Shown here piece by piece: positions 1-9,349 of a stretch of DNA of 17,176 bases (position 1 is its first letter; each line of letters starts with the position of its first letter). Source of the DNA: a bacterium. GTDB lineage: Bacteria; Hinthialibacterota; Hinthialibacteria; Hinthialibacterales; Hinthialibacteraceae. The notes below the pieces were generated by a model. That model did no database searches and was not told the DNA's origin. It saw nothing but the letters and a program-made list of their open reading frames with translations. The translations under genes and the position numbers were made by a program. The stretch spans positions 1 through 17,176 of the forward strand of contig CAXXSM010000033.1 of the NCBI GenBank assembly GCA_963663405.2. The letters are read 5' to 3'.

Positions 1-70
1 GGTTCTCGCCTGGACAATCCCCATTCCAACACCCAAACACCACGCACGGCGCCCGTGCGGAAAACGGCCA

Positions 71-109
71 TGTAGCATTGGACGCTCACACAAAGGCCTC
101 ATGGAGGAA
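71..109 (+). promoter_or_regulatory. Flagellin 5' leader with candidate CsrA-type GGA sites and Shine-Dalgarno
   Basis: Hairpin TGTAGC-attggac-GCT(c)ACA (71-90) has GGA in its loop. CATGGAGGAA (100-109) overlaps the GGAGG SD upstream of ATG 118. Confidence 0.5.
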
Positions 110-117
110 TTAGAACA

Positions 118-2704
118 ATGGGAATCACTCGAATTAACACCAACATTACTGCGCTATCGGTCCTCAACAATGTCAACCGGACCGGGGATAAACTTGCGCA
201 ATCCATCGAACGGCTTTCTTCTGGACTCCGTATCAACAGCGCCGCCGACGACGCGGCGGGGCTCTCGGTCGCCAGTAATCTGGAAACACAGGTCCGGGGA
301 TTAAATGTCGCCGTCGACAACGCCCAAAGCGGCATCAACGTACTCAGCGTCGCGGAAGGCGCGCTGGTTGAAACCGGCTCACGATTGAATCGTGTCCGCG
401 AACTCGCCATCCAAGCGGCGAACACCGGTGTGTACGATTACAAGGCCCGTCTCTCCATTCAAGACGAAGTGTTCCAGAGTATTGACGAAATCACTCGAAT
501 CGCCAATACCACCCAGTTTGGAGACAATTTTCTCCTCAACGGCGACTTCTCGATTAAAACAGAAGTGAAAGCCGGCCAAATTGACATCGGAGTCAACGTC
601 GACGCTTCTCCAGTCGGCAGCAGCCTTGGCAATGGCACCTCGTTTTTGAACATCCAGCAAATCCAAACTAGTTCGTCTCAAATCGTAGGCGGTGATGAGG
701 GAAGCATCCAGATTCTGAACACTGGAATCAAAAATTTGACGACATCGCCGTCACTCTCGCGCACTTCGGTGACGCGGCTGCGTTCGGGGGATCGGGCGCT
801 GTCGCAACCGACGCCGCCAGCGCAACCTTCTTCAATGGCGTCTCCATTTCCGCTCATGCGGAAGCGGTGTTTATGATGTCTTCACCTTTGACGGCGTATT
901 GGCGGATGGAGTGACCAAATTCTCCGGCAGTTTAAGTTTAAGCGGGCAGGTCGTTCTTGGCGTGGCGACGGACACAGCGCTTACGGACGCCGCCAACTCC
1001 CTGGTTGGTTCCATCAACCGGGCGATCGACCAAGCGGAAAAAGCGCTCTTCGGCGCGACAACAACCGCCAGTGTGCCAACATCCTTCCGGACCACCGTCT
1101 CACTTGGCGCCGGCGCCAATATGGGCCGCCTCTTGCTCTTTAGTGATGGCAACTACATCAACCAAGGAAGCATCAACATCAACTTGGTCCGCAATAGTGA
1201 ATTTGTGACCCAATCCAAAGGTGTGACTCGTTCCGGCGCGATTGGAACGCAATCCTCCCTTTCCGGAGTCGGTCAAGTCGGTAATTCCGTCACGGCGATT
1301 ACAGGTTCGACGTTCGGGACAGGACAATTCGAGATTGAAGTCACCGACGTGCAACAAGCGCTCCAGCGAACAATGGAAAGCAATGTGCTCTTCCAGAATA
1401 ACAATGGCGCGCTCCTCGACCGGAGCACCACCATTACCGGAACCGGAGCCAGTAACACAATCGTGCTCAATGGAAACTTTGCCGGCGCGACGTACACCGG
1501 TGGAACGACCCTGCAAAGCGGCGACACAATCACCATCACCGGCGCCAATGCTGATGGCACCACCTTCCAAGGCATCTTTTCCTACGACGATACGGACACC
1601 GCGGGCAATCAAAATGAAGTGGATACCAACTTGAACGACTTCAGTTTCCGCTCCATCTCCGGTTTGATCGCGGAACTCAATTACCGCACGCGGGACTACA
1701 ACGCGACCAACAATGCGATCAGTACAGCGGATGGTGTTCAAACCCGGTTTGAGGACGCTCTGTTTACTTATACGACATCAGGAACCATTCAGCTGGTCGA
1801 TGATTATGGGCGTTCCAATTCGCAAACCGCTTTCACGATCACATTCCAAAGCCAAGCCGGCTCCTCCAATCCATACACGATTCAAGACGACGCTGATTTG
1901 ACGCAAGAAGGCTACGCCGAACAAGCGTCCTTCCGGATTAGCGGTGGAGAGACCGTCCGCGCGGAAGCGGGAGAAGTGATTACTCTGAAAGGGGTAGAAG
2001 CGACGATCCCAGGAGTCCCACAGGAAGAAGTCACATTCCGTGTCGGCAGTGGTTTCTCCGCTGGAACGGATACTCTCGAAACAACAGCCAATTTATATAT
2101 CGGCCGGTTGAACGGTGGCGCGGATGTCACGTTCAGCGCAGGCGCCCAGGATGTTGTATTCAACACACCTGGATCGGTTCAAGATCCATCGAAATACGTC
2201 ACGATCGATTTCGACTCCATTATCGATGTAACGACGGATGGCTCAGCGACGGATCCAGGGAGAACAGTCCTTCTTTCCACCGTCAGTTCCGGTTTGAATT
2301 TCCAGATCGGCGCGTTCTCCCGGCAGGATATTCAGTTCTCCATTGGAGATCTGAAATCCGACAATCTAGGATATGGACGGGGCAGCGGACGAACCGTTCA
2401 AGACATTGACGTCACGTCTCTCTCCGGCGCCAATGAGGCGTTGGACATTATCGATGAAGCGTTGGATCAAGTGAACCGCACCCGATCCATCCTCGGCGCG
2501 GCCACAAACCGGCTTGAATCCACGGTTTCCAACCTAAGCGTGACGTCAGAAAACCTGACCGCTTCCGAATCCCGGATTCGTGACGCGGATATCGCTTCGG
2601 AAACGACGGAATTTACTCTGAACCAAGTTCTGCTCCAAGCGGGTATCTCCGTCTTGGCGCAATCGAATTTCCAAAGTCAAGGATTCCTTGCGCTCCTCGG
2701 CTAA
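118..2704 (+). CDS. fliC: Flagellin, about 862 aa, interrupted by two apparent 1-nt deletions (near 740 and near 860)
   Basis: N-terminal motifs RINTN, ERLSSGLRINSAADDAAGL and LNRVRELAIQAAN in 118-876. C-terminal motifs FQIGA, RSILGAATNRLE and SESRIRDADIA in 899-2704. A third frame bridges about 741-860 (DIAVTLAHFGDAAAFGGSGAVATDAASATFFNGVSISAHA). Confidence 0.95.
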
Positions 2705-2712
2705 GAGGTGAT

Positions 2713-2754
2713 GGATGACGGACGGAGCCAACTTCCGTTCGTCATCCTTTGTTT
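2713..2754 (+). terminator. Rho-independent terminator of flagellin
   Basis: GGATGACGGACGGAG / TTCCGTTCGTCATCC stem (with G-U pairs) followed by TTTGTTT, just after the stop codon. Confidence 0.8.
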
Positions 2755-2834
2755 CATTCAGGCGAACATTATTTAAAAAGGACTGGAAGACAGCAGAAAT
2801 CTGTTCCTTGGGGGGATTGGGGGAAATATCCATC

Positions 2835-2882
2835 AAAAAATAAAAATGGACCACGGCGGCCGATCCGGCTCCCGTGGTCCAT
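2835..2882 (-). terminator. Probable intrinsic terminator for the DUF134 gene
   Basis: ATGGACCACGG (2846-2856) / CCGTGGTCCAT (2872-2882) with an inner GCCG/CGGC stem. The A-rich run on + gives a U tail on -. Confidence 0.65.
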
Positions 2883-2920
2883 CTTCTTGCCACACGTTTT
2901 CACACACTTACTCAACCATC

Positions 2921-2963
2921 GGTTATGTGGGAATCCCGATTCCCACATAACCCCTTTTTTTTT
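2921..2963 (+). terminator. Perfect 15-bp hairpin followed by a T run
   Basis: GGTTATGTGGGAATC-cc-GATTCCCACATAACC, then a few C and a poly-T tract. Confidence 0.6.
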
Positions 2964-3009
2964 CTGGATTCAGCTATGTTGGTTTTACAATACGCTCAAA
3001 TCGATTTTT

Positions 3010-3448
3010 TCAGGGCGCATCTGTAGAAGAGAGAGGATGGTTGGAAACTCGGATCAGATTCTGCTTGCCACACGAAGGGCACTCCGTGGGCAGTTTCTTT
3101 TTCAACGTTGTTTTCCATAGATATTTACATCCCAGACAGACAAAATGCTTCACGTTATCCAAGGTGACATTTCCGCCTTCTACCCGAACAGCCTTTCCAT
3201 TGATCAGCGCGTCAGCCACTTTCTTATGGGCGGATTGCAGAATCCGCCCAAACGTCGCGCGCGAGATTCCCATCTGTTTAGCGGCGTCCTCATGATAGAA
3301 ATTCTGCAAATCGGCCAATCGAATCGATTCCGCTTCATCCAGTGTCAAGTTAATTTCATCCAGTTCCCGCAACGGAATCCCCTGCGGTTTAAAAAAAAAC
3401 CGCGCCTGGCTGCCACTGGATCACGCGAGCGTGTTTTGGACGAACCAT
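3010..3448 (-). CDS. DUF134 family HTH protein with C-terminal Zn ribbon; frameshift in a T9 tract
   Basis: LTLDEAESIRLADL..EDAAKQMGISRATFGRIL..GKAVRVEGG plus CLGC/CPSC. Removing one T from 3391-3399 joins the typical N-terminus MVRPKHARVIQWQPGAVFFKPQGIPLREL, starting at ATG 3448 with a GGAG SD. Confidence 0.88.
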
Positions 3449-3688
3449 AGAAACACTCCAACAATCCGTATACCGCCCCCAAATAGGTAAATAGAAATAA
3501 CAATCCCTTGCGTAACCTAGACATCATAGCAACACTTAAATGGTGTGTAAATTCACCTATCACAAAACGAAAACAGAAATTAATTCTATCAAAGAACGGC
3601 GTCGATTAAAAGACCATCTTTAAACTGAAACTGTGTATCATCAAATGGAATTCAGAATTCCTTCACAAGCCGAATGGAGAGTCGAATC

Positions 3689-4003
3689 ATGATCGAGTGG
3701 ATTAATCAAAAGTTTTTTCCGGATGGATTCAGCTACTGGCATATTGTAGGAGCGGTGGGAGGGATTACTTTCTTTTCCCGTTTTTTCATTCAATGGATCG
3801 TGTCCGAAATCAAGAAAGAAAGTGTAATTCCCGTCGCGTTTTGGTATTTGAGCATTATCGGAAGTCTGCTGCTGGCTTTATACGCGTATTGCTATCTTTC
3901 CGATCCCGTCTTTACCGTGCTGTATCTTCCCAATTTTTTGATTTATATCCGCAATTTATACCTCATTTACTCGAAACAAATGACCGCCCCGAATCCAGAT
4001 TGA
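3689..4003 (+). CDS. Lipid-A-disaccharide synthase N-terminal (LAB_N) domain small membrane protein
   Basis: Signature FFSRFFIQWIVSEIKKESVIPVAFWYLSIIG...YIRNL with about 3 TM segments. GGAG at 3676-3679 favours ATG 3689 over 3674. Confidence 0.88.
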   Translation: MIEWINQKFFPDGFSYWHIVGAVGGITFFSRFFIQWIVSEIKKESVIPVAFWYLSIIGSLLLALYAYCYLSDPVFTVLYLPNFLIYIRNLYLIYSKQMTAPNPD

Positions 4004-4027
4004 TAGCGTTAGCCTCTCAACCGGGAT

Positions 4028-5722
4028 TCATTCTCCCACACTGGAACCAGTTTTCTCAGTTTCCGGTCCGACCCGGTACACACAGAAATCTTCGAGATGC
4101 ATATCTTGAAAGAAACGATAGGGAAGGTTACGCGTCACGACAGCGTAAAAACACGCGCCGCGAAAATTCATCGTCCGGACCGGCAGCGCGCCAGGATATT
4201 CCTTCATTTCAAGCAGTTCCAGCCGGTCGACAAAATCCCCTCGATCTTGCATGGCGATGCCAATCAAGATTAACCGGGGCCAAATTAAAATATCCCCCTC
4301 TTTCGGCAGTTCCTTGTACCGGTGAACCTGCCGGAAACCCTGCCGGTATTCGGCGTAGAATTTCCACCCCCAATGCCCCACAAACCATGTCTCATATTGA
4401 TCGGACGTCCAATTCTCCTTAGCGTACTCCGCAAAATCACGGTATGTGTCCGCATATTCATAATCCGCGCAATGGAGAATAAAGCTCATGATAGTTTGTA
4501 CGCACAACAATGAGATCAACCACTTTCGTTGACAGTGAAAAGATGGAACAGGCGGCCTTTCTAAATATCGAAAAGCGAGCATTGTAAGTGGCGGCAACGC
4601 AAAGACCAAATGCCGGACCGCTTGAAAAGGCGCCATCCAGATACTAAACACAACCGGCGCACAAAGCCAAGCGAAAAGAAAAAGCGAATCCCCCGATTCC
4701 TCATCTCCCCAGTGAAACAGATAGGGTAAACCACGCCGGATACCCTCATACAGGCAAATCGAAATTAGAATCGCGCCCGAGATAGACCAGAAGAGATACT
4801 GTCCATCCACTTGGCCTTGATAATAAATCTGTACGCCCCACCATCCGATTAATACAATAACCGGACTCAATCCCAGAATCAACGCGTCTTTCCGTTTCCA
4901 TGCGTCACGGATCAAAACAGGGAATAGATAAAGAATACTGCTGAGAATCACCAGCGCCCCACAGAATTTATCTTGCCAGGGAAGATAGCCCTGATTGACA
5001 TCTGGATCTGATGAGCGCTCAAATTTCAAATAAAAGATATGGACGGCCCCATAGTATAGCCAATTGTGCAGACACCATAGAACCAGCAATGAGAAGGGAA
5101 GGAACGCCCACCACATCAAGCGGTATTTCCGTTTAAAGAACGGATACAGAAATAAGATCGGAACTCCAATCACGGCGGAATATTTCGTAAGAATCGCGAG
5201 TCCGCATAAAATCCCCCCTGTGATTAAGTAGCCGATCTTCTCCCGGTCCGTACCGGCGATAAACAAAGCGATTCCCGCTGTGGTTAATCCCGCCGCCGGC
5301 ACGTCGCGCATTACATTGCCCGATATCATCACGGCGCAGCTGGTCATCACAAAAAGCAAAGGAAACAATGTTCCCTGCGTAAAACGCATCGCAAGAAACA
5401 CCATCGATCCCGCGATCAGAAAAAGAAATACCATCATCCCCGCATGCATCACGATTTCAGAAAAATCCGAATACATCGCGAATGGAGCGAGGTAATAACT
5501 CAAAAACGGAGGATTGGTCGTCATTTTCCAAAGAGGTACGAAATGACCGTCCCAGTCGTATTCCCCCCTCAAAGGATCTAAGGGATTCTCGATTATATTG
5601 TGGATCACATGCAGAACGACTGGATCGTCTATATGAATCGGCTTATTTAAAAAAGGAACACTCGTAACCAGCGTCACAAGAATAGCGAAGAGAATATGAT
5701 TCCGGCGGCTCACTCCATTCAT
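4028..5722 (-). CDS. ArnT/PMT-like (GT-C fold) polytopic membrane glycosyltransferase
   Basis: Acidic pair HIDD after TM1, NPP, DVP and LAILTKY motifs, many TM helices and a soluble C-terminal domain. GGAG SD precedes ATG 5722. Confidence 0.8.
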   Translation of the reverse strand: MNGVSRRNHILFAILVTLVTSVPFLNKPIHIDDPVVLHVIHNIIENPLDPLRGEYDWDGHFVPLWKMTTNPPFLSYYLAPFAMYSDFSEIVMHAGMMVFLFLIAGSMVFLAMRFTQGTLFPLLFVMTSCAVMISGNVMRDVPAAGLTTAGIALFIAGTDREKIGYLITGGILCGLAILTKYSAVIGVPILFLYPFFKRKYRLMWWAFLPFSLLVLWCLHNWLYYGAVHIFYLKFERSSDPDVNQGYLPWQDKFCGALVILSSILYLFPVLIRDAWKRKDALILGLSPVIVLIGWWGVQIYYQGQVDGQYLFWSISGAILISICLYEGIRRGLPYLFHWGDEESGDSLFLFAWLCAPVVFSIWMAPFQAVRHLVFALPPLTMLAFRYLERPPVPSFHCQRKWLISLLCVQTIMSFILHCADYEYADTYRDFAEYAKENWTSDQYETWFVGHWGWKFYAEYRQGFRQVHRYKELPKEGDILIWPRLILIGIAMQDRGDFVDRLELLEMKEYPGALPVRTMNFRGACFYAVVTRNLPYRFFQDMHLEDFCVYRVGPETEKTGSSVGE

Positions 5723-5987
5723 TCCAAAACTCCAGTTAAGAATTAGATACAATGTAAAAAATCGAATATCAAATTATAGCGATTTCAAAAAATATGTCCG
5801 GATTGAGAGAGTTTTTTTAATAAAATCCATGCATTTAATATCGAGACCGGAAAACCACGGACTAGAAATGGCGCTTTTTCGAATCATGCTTAATTGATAA
5901 TTAGAACCATTCATAAAGAAGTTTCTATTTCGGATCCAATCTTGGAGATTATTGTCTATTATTCATATGGCCTTACCTGGATTATTT

Positions 5988-6335
5988 CTATTCGATTGAA
6001 TATTCAATTTTAGCAATTTCAGCGGTTAAGGCAGGACCAATTTGATGAATGATAGAATCAATATTTTGACGGCTATGCAGAACAGTGGCAATAATAATTC
6101 CCTTTGTCACGGTATTGTAAATCGCAAAATGCTGTTCAGCGGGCGCCATAAGAAAAGGCTCTGAACGGTGACGTCGAAGATGACCTATCCGAGGATCACT
6201 GGCAATTCTACCAAACGCGCGATAAAGATCGGCCATATACTGCTTTGCACGTTTTTTACCCCATTTTTCTATTAAATATTTTTCAATAGCGTCAAGATCC
6301 CGCTTGGCCCGTTTGGTAAGATAGAATACCGCCAT
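5988..6335 (-). CDS. parE: Type II toxin, RelE/ParE family
   Basis: LTKRAKRDLDAIEKY..EKWGKKRAKQY..P.IG..H.AIY..VLHSRQNI. ATG lies 2 nt after the antitoxin stop. Confidence 0.85.
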   Translation of the reverse strand: MAVFYLTKRAKRDLDAIEKYLIEKWGKKRAKQYMADLYRAFGRIASDPRIGHLRRHRSEPFLMAPAEQHFAIYNTVTKGIIIATVLHSRQNIDSIIHQIGPALTAEIAKIEYSIE

Positions 6336-6337
6336 CG

Positions 6338-6613
6338 TTACGATTTCCAGCCTTGAGCCTCTTTTTCTTCAAAGATTTTTTTATCTTCCTCCCAATCCCC
6401 GGAAGATTTGAAATAGCGGCCATCGGCGATGTCTTGAAAGCCTTCGAGAATGGCGCTGTAGACTTGATAAGCCTCGCTTTCCATGTCACGGCGGATAAGC
6501 GCTCGAACGTATTCATCCGGTGTTTTGTATAAACCGTTAGGTCCAACAACACGTTCGACATGTTGCGCCAATGGATCTGTTAAGCGGGCGCTTATTCTTC
6601 TTTCTGAGGCCAT
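6338..6613 (-). CDS. ParD-like ribbon-helix-helix antitoxin
   Basis: ISARL..PLAQHVERVV..GLY.TPDEYVRALIRRD, then EGFQDIADGR and an acidic tail. AAGGA SD precedes ATG 6613. Confidence 0.8.
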   Translation of the reverse strand: MASERRISARLTDPLAQHVERVVGPNGLYKTPDEYVRALIRRDMESEAYQVYSAILEGFQDIADGRYFKSSGDWEEDKKIFEEKEAQGWKS

Positions 6614-6827
6614 CTTCTGCGTCCTTTCATTCATAACTCTACATTCAGAGTATAGATCGCCGCAATAAATGTCAACACTGGAACCAATAGACATTGTGTT
6701 GAATCGATAGAAGTATCAGAGATAAAAAGAATGGGAAACGCTTTCCTGCGAAACTAAAACAGCGCATTTCAAACCGATGCAAATGGAAGGATTATACCGA
6801 AGTGTAAAAGAGATTCCTGTTCCCCCG

Positions 6828-7773
6828 TTACCCCAATCGCTCATTCACAAAATACGGTGGCTCATCCCGCCGGTGCAGGAAGGTGAGCATCTCCGCGACC
6901 AGTCCTAGAAAAATAGATTGAAATCCCATCAACGCGAAGAATATACCGATCGAAAGCGATATCCCCGCCGGTGTATACATCTTATAACAGATAAAAAACA
7001 GACTCAGCAAAAAAGTGAAAAAGCCAAAAAACTCGACGGATACACCGATACGGCCAAAAAGATGAGAAGGACGCTGCACGTACCGGGTGAAATACATGAC
7101 CGTGCCAAAATCGAGCAATCCACGGATCAAGCGTTCGCTTCCATACTTACTTTTTTCCCGAACGGCGGGGATGATGCGTGACGGGCACTTCCGCGACCCG
7201 GAATCCATACCAACCCGCCATCACCGGGATGAAACGATGCATTTCACCATAAAGACGGACTTGTTCAATCACCTCACGCCGGTAGCACTTCAAACCACAA
7301 TTAAAATCATGTAACGAAATCCCACTGGAGCGAGACACGATCGCGTTAAACACTTTCGAAAACAGCCGTTTCGACATGGGATCGTTCCGCTGTTTCTTCC
7401 AACCGGAAACCATGTCGTTCCCTTCCCCCAATTTCTCCAGCAACCGGGGGATCTCACTGGGATCATCTTGTAGGTCGGCATCGATCGTCAGGATGATATT
7501 CCCCCGCGACGCTTCAAATCCAGCCGCCAGAGCGGGGGATTTTCCATAGTTCACACGGAAACGGAGAGCGCGTACACGGGCGTCCTGCTCGTGAATCTCG
7601 CGGATCGTTTCAAAGGTGGAATCTACACTCCCATCGTCTATAAATATAATTTCAAAATCCTCGCCGAGAGGATCCAGCGAGGCGCAGATCTGTTCATACA
7701 AAGGACGAATCGTCTCCTGTTCATCTTTCGCAGGAACAATGATAGACAGATTAGGGCTGGATGAGACTGAAAT
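6828..7773 (-). CDS. GT2 polyprenyl-phosphate glycosyltransferase (ArnC/GtrB/DPM1-like); frameshift at an A6 run and uncertain start
   Basis: LSIIVPAKDE, FIDDGSVD, NYGKS, IDADLQDDP and DFNCGLK..MHRFIP. Removing one A at 7151-7156 gives HHPRRSGKSKYG and two C-terminal TM helices. Confidence 0.9.
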
Positions 7774-8102
7774 AGCGCGAATCCCCCTCTCGTTATAATA
7801 TAACGTCTAACTAACTATTTAGAAATCAGACTCCTGCAAACTATCATAAGAAAAGCAATCCACGCGTCTGCATAGTCTACCATAAAAGCCATCTGAAAGT
7901 AGAATCGCATATTGGCCTTGCTAGAATTAAAGGACCGTAATTCCTGCGCGTATCATCAGAGACACGTACTATGTGTTTAGAATATAGGTTGCAGGCGCCT
8001 CGACACCGATAAAAATTATATCGGCGCCGCTTTCGCTTCGAAAGGGTATACGATAGAGAAATCGAACGGAGAAACCGCGTTTTCTATAAATTCGAGTCCG
8101 TA

Positions 8103-9125
8103 TTACGCTAAAAGTTGATCTTCGCCGCCCCGGTTGATAATGAGTTCGCCCGACTCTTCCAGACGGCGGATAATCGCGACGATCTTTTGCTGCGCTTCTT
8201 CGACTTGTTTTACCCGCACAGGCCCCATAAATTCCATCTCCTCCCGGATATTGTCTGCGGCGCGGGAAGATAAGTTATTGAAAATCTTGGTTTTGACTTC
8301 GTCGTTGGCGCCCTTCAACGCGATTGTCAGTTCTTTCTGATCCACATCTTTGAGCACCTGCTGGATTCCGCGATCGTCCAACAGCACAACGTCATCGAAG
8401 GTGAACATTAATTTCTTGATTTCGACCGCCAGTTCCTGATTCTCTTCTTCCAGCGTCTCCAGGATCGATTTCTCCGTCGCCCGGTCGACGCGGTTGAGTA
8501 ATTCCGCCAGCGCTTCGATACCACCCGCCGCCGAGAATTCCTGCGAAAGAACCGTGGCGATCTTGCGCTCCAATACCCGCTCCACTTCCGAGATAATCTC
8601 CGGCGAGGTTTGTTCCATGAGAGCGATGCGCAACGCCACCTCAGTCTGCATTTCGGGCGCGAGGGCCGACATAATGACCGCCGCCTGTTCATATTCAAGA
8701 TGAGCCAGAATCAGAGCGATAGTTTGTGGGTGTTCACTTTGGATAAAGTTGAGAAGGTGGTTAGGATCAACTTTTTTCAGGAAATCGAACGGTGTGCCCT
8801 GGAGCATCCCCTGCAAGCGTTCGATGATTTCCATCGCCTTCGCGGGTCCGAGCGCTTTTTCGAGGATCTCCCGCGCCGTGGCGATACCACCGGAAGAGAT
8901 GTATTGTTTGGCCATCGCTGTATGGTAGAATTCTTCGATGACCTGCCCGGTTACTTCTTCAGGGATACTGCCCAGGTTGGCGACTTCGAGAGTGATCTGT
9001 TCGATCTCTTCATCCGATAGACAACGGTAAATATCGGCGGCGATATCAGGCCCCAAGGTCACCATAAGAATGGCGGCCTTTTTCCGGCCCGTCAGTTTCG
9101 CTTTTTCTTTCGCCCCTCGAACCAT
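8103..9125 (-). CDS. fliG: Flagellar motor switch protein FliG
   Basis: LTGRKKAAIL, PFDFL, EHPQTIALIL, GG linker, MFTF and GPVR..VEEAQ motifs; 340 aa. Confidence 0.97.
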   Translation of the reverse strand: MVRGAKEKAKLTGRKKAAILMVTLGPDIAADIYRCLSDEEIEQITLEVANLGSIPEEVTGQVIEEFYHTAMAKQYISSGGIATAREILEKALGPAKAMEIIERLQGMLQGTPFDFLKKVDPNHLLNFIQSEHPQTIALILAHLEYEQAAVIMSALAPEMQTEVALRIALMEQTSPEIISEVERVLERKIATVLSQEFSAAGGIEALAELLNRVDRATEKSILETLEEENQELAVEIKKLMFTFDDVVLLDDRGIQQVLKDVDQKELTIALKGANDEVKTKIFNNLSSRAADNIREEMEFMGPVRVKQVEEAQQKIVAIIRRLEESGELIINRGGEDQLLA

Positions 9126-9349
9126 GATTCCACCCGTACCGGCCTATAGGAAGTCAGCTATGCGTAATACGCCAATAAAAAATCGCTGATTTACGCACTA
9201 CACATTCTTCTCCCACCAGGATCCTCTCTCAAACTCTCCAAAAGATAACTTATATTATATATATAGGTTAGCCGGTTCGCCATAGAAGAAGAGAGAACGA
9301 ACAGCACAGTCCATTAAAAACCATCATGATTTGAGATCACTAACCGCAA

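Noticed and set aside
118-876. Separate short flagellin plus a second gene at 899
   Set aside because: The halves are complementary parts of one flagellin, the tail after about 740 reads as out-of-frame, and 899 has no SD.
2749-3120. 123-aa + strand ORF
   Set aside because: It crosses terminator hairpins, overlaps DUF134 antisense and has no recognisable motifs.
3793-4422. 209-aa + strand ORF and other shadow ORFs (e.g. 1100-1741, 15437-15982)
   Set aside because: They overlap well-supported genes in other frames or strands and have non-protein-like composition.
6614-6694. Longer antitoxin start at 6694 or 6634
   Set aside because: The SD and the usual RHH antitoxin length favour ATG 6613.
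8002-8045. Sigma28-like GCCGATAT on the - strand
   Set aside because: No TAAA -35 at the right spacing. It is one arm of a CCGATA/TATCGG hairpin downstream of fliG.
9254-9282. fliG promoter (TATAAT within a TA run; TGGC sigma54-like)
   Set aside because: Poor -35 and no GC at -12. TATAAT is expected by chance in a TA repeat.
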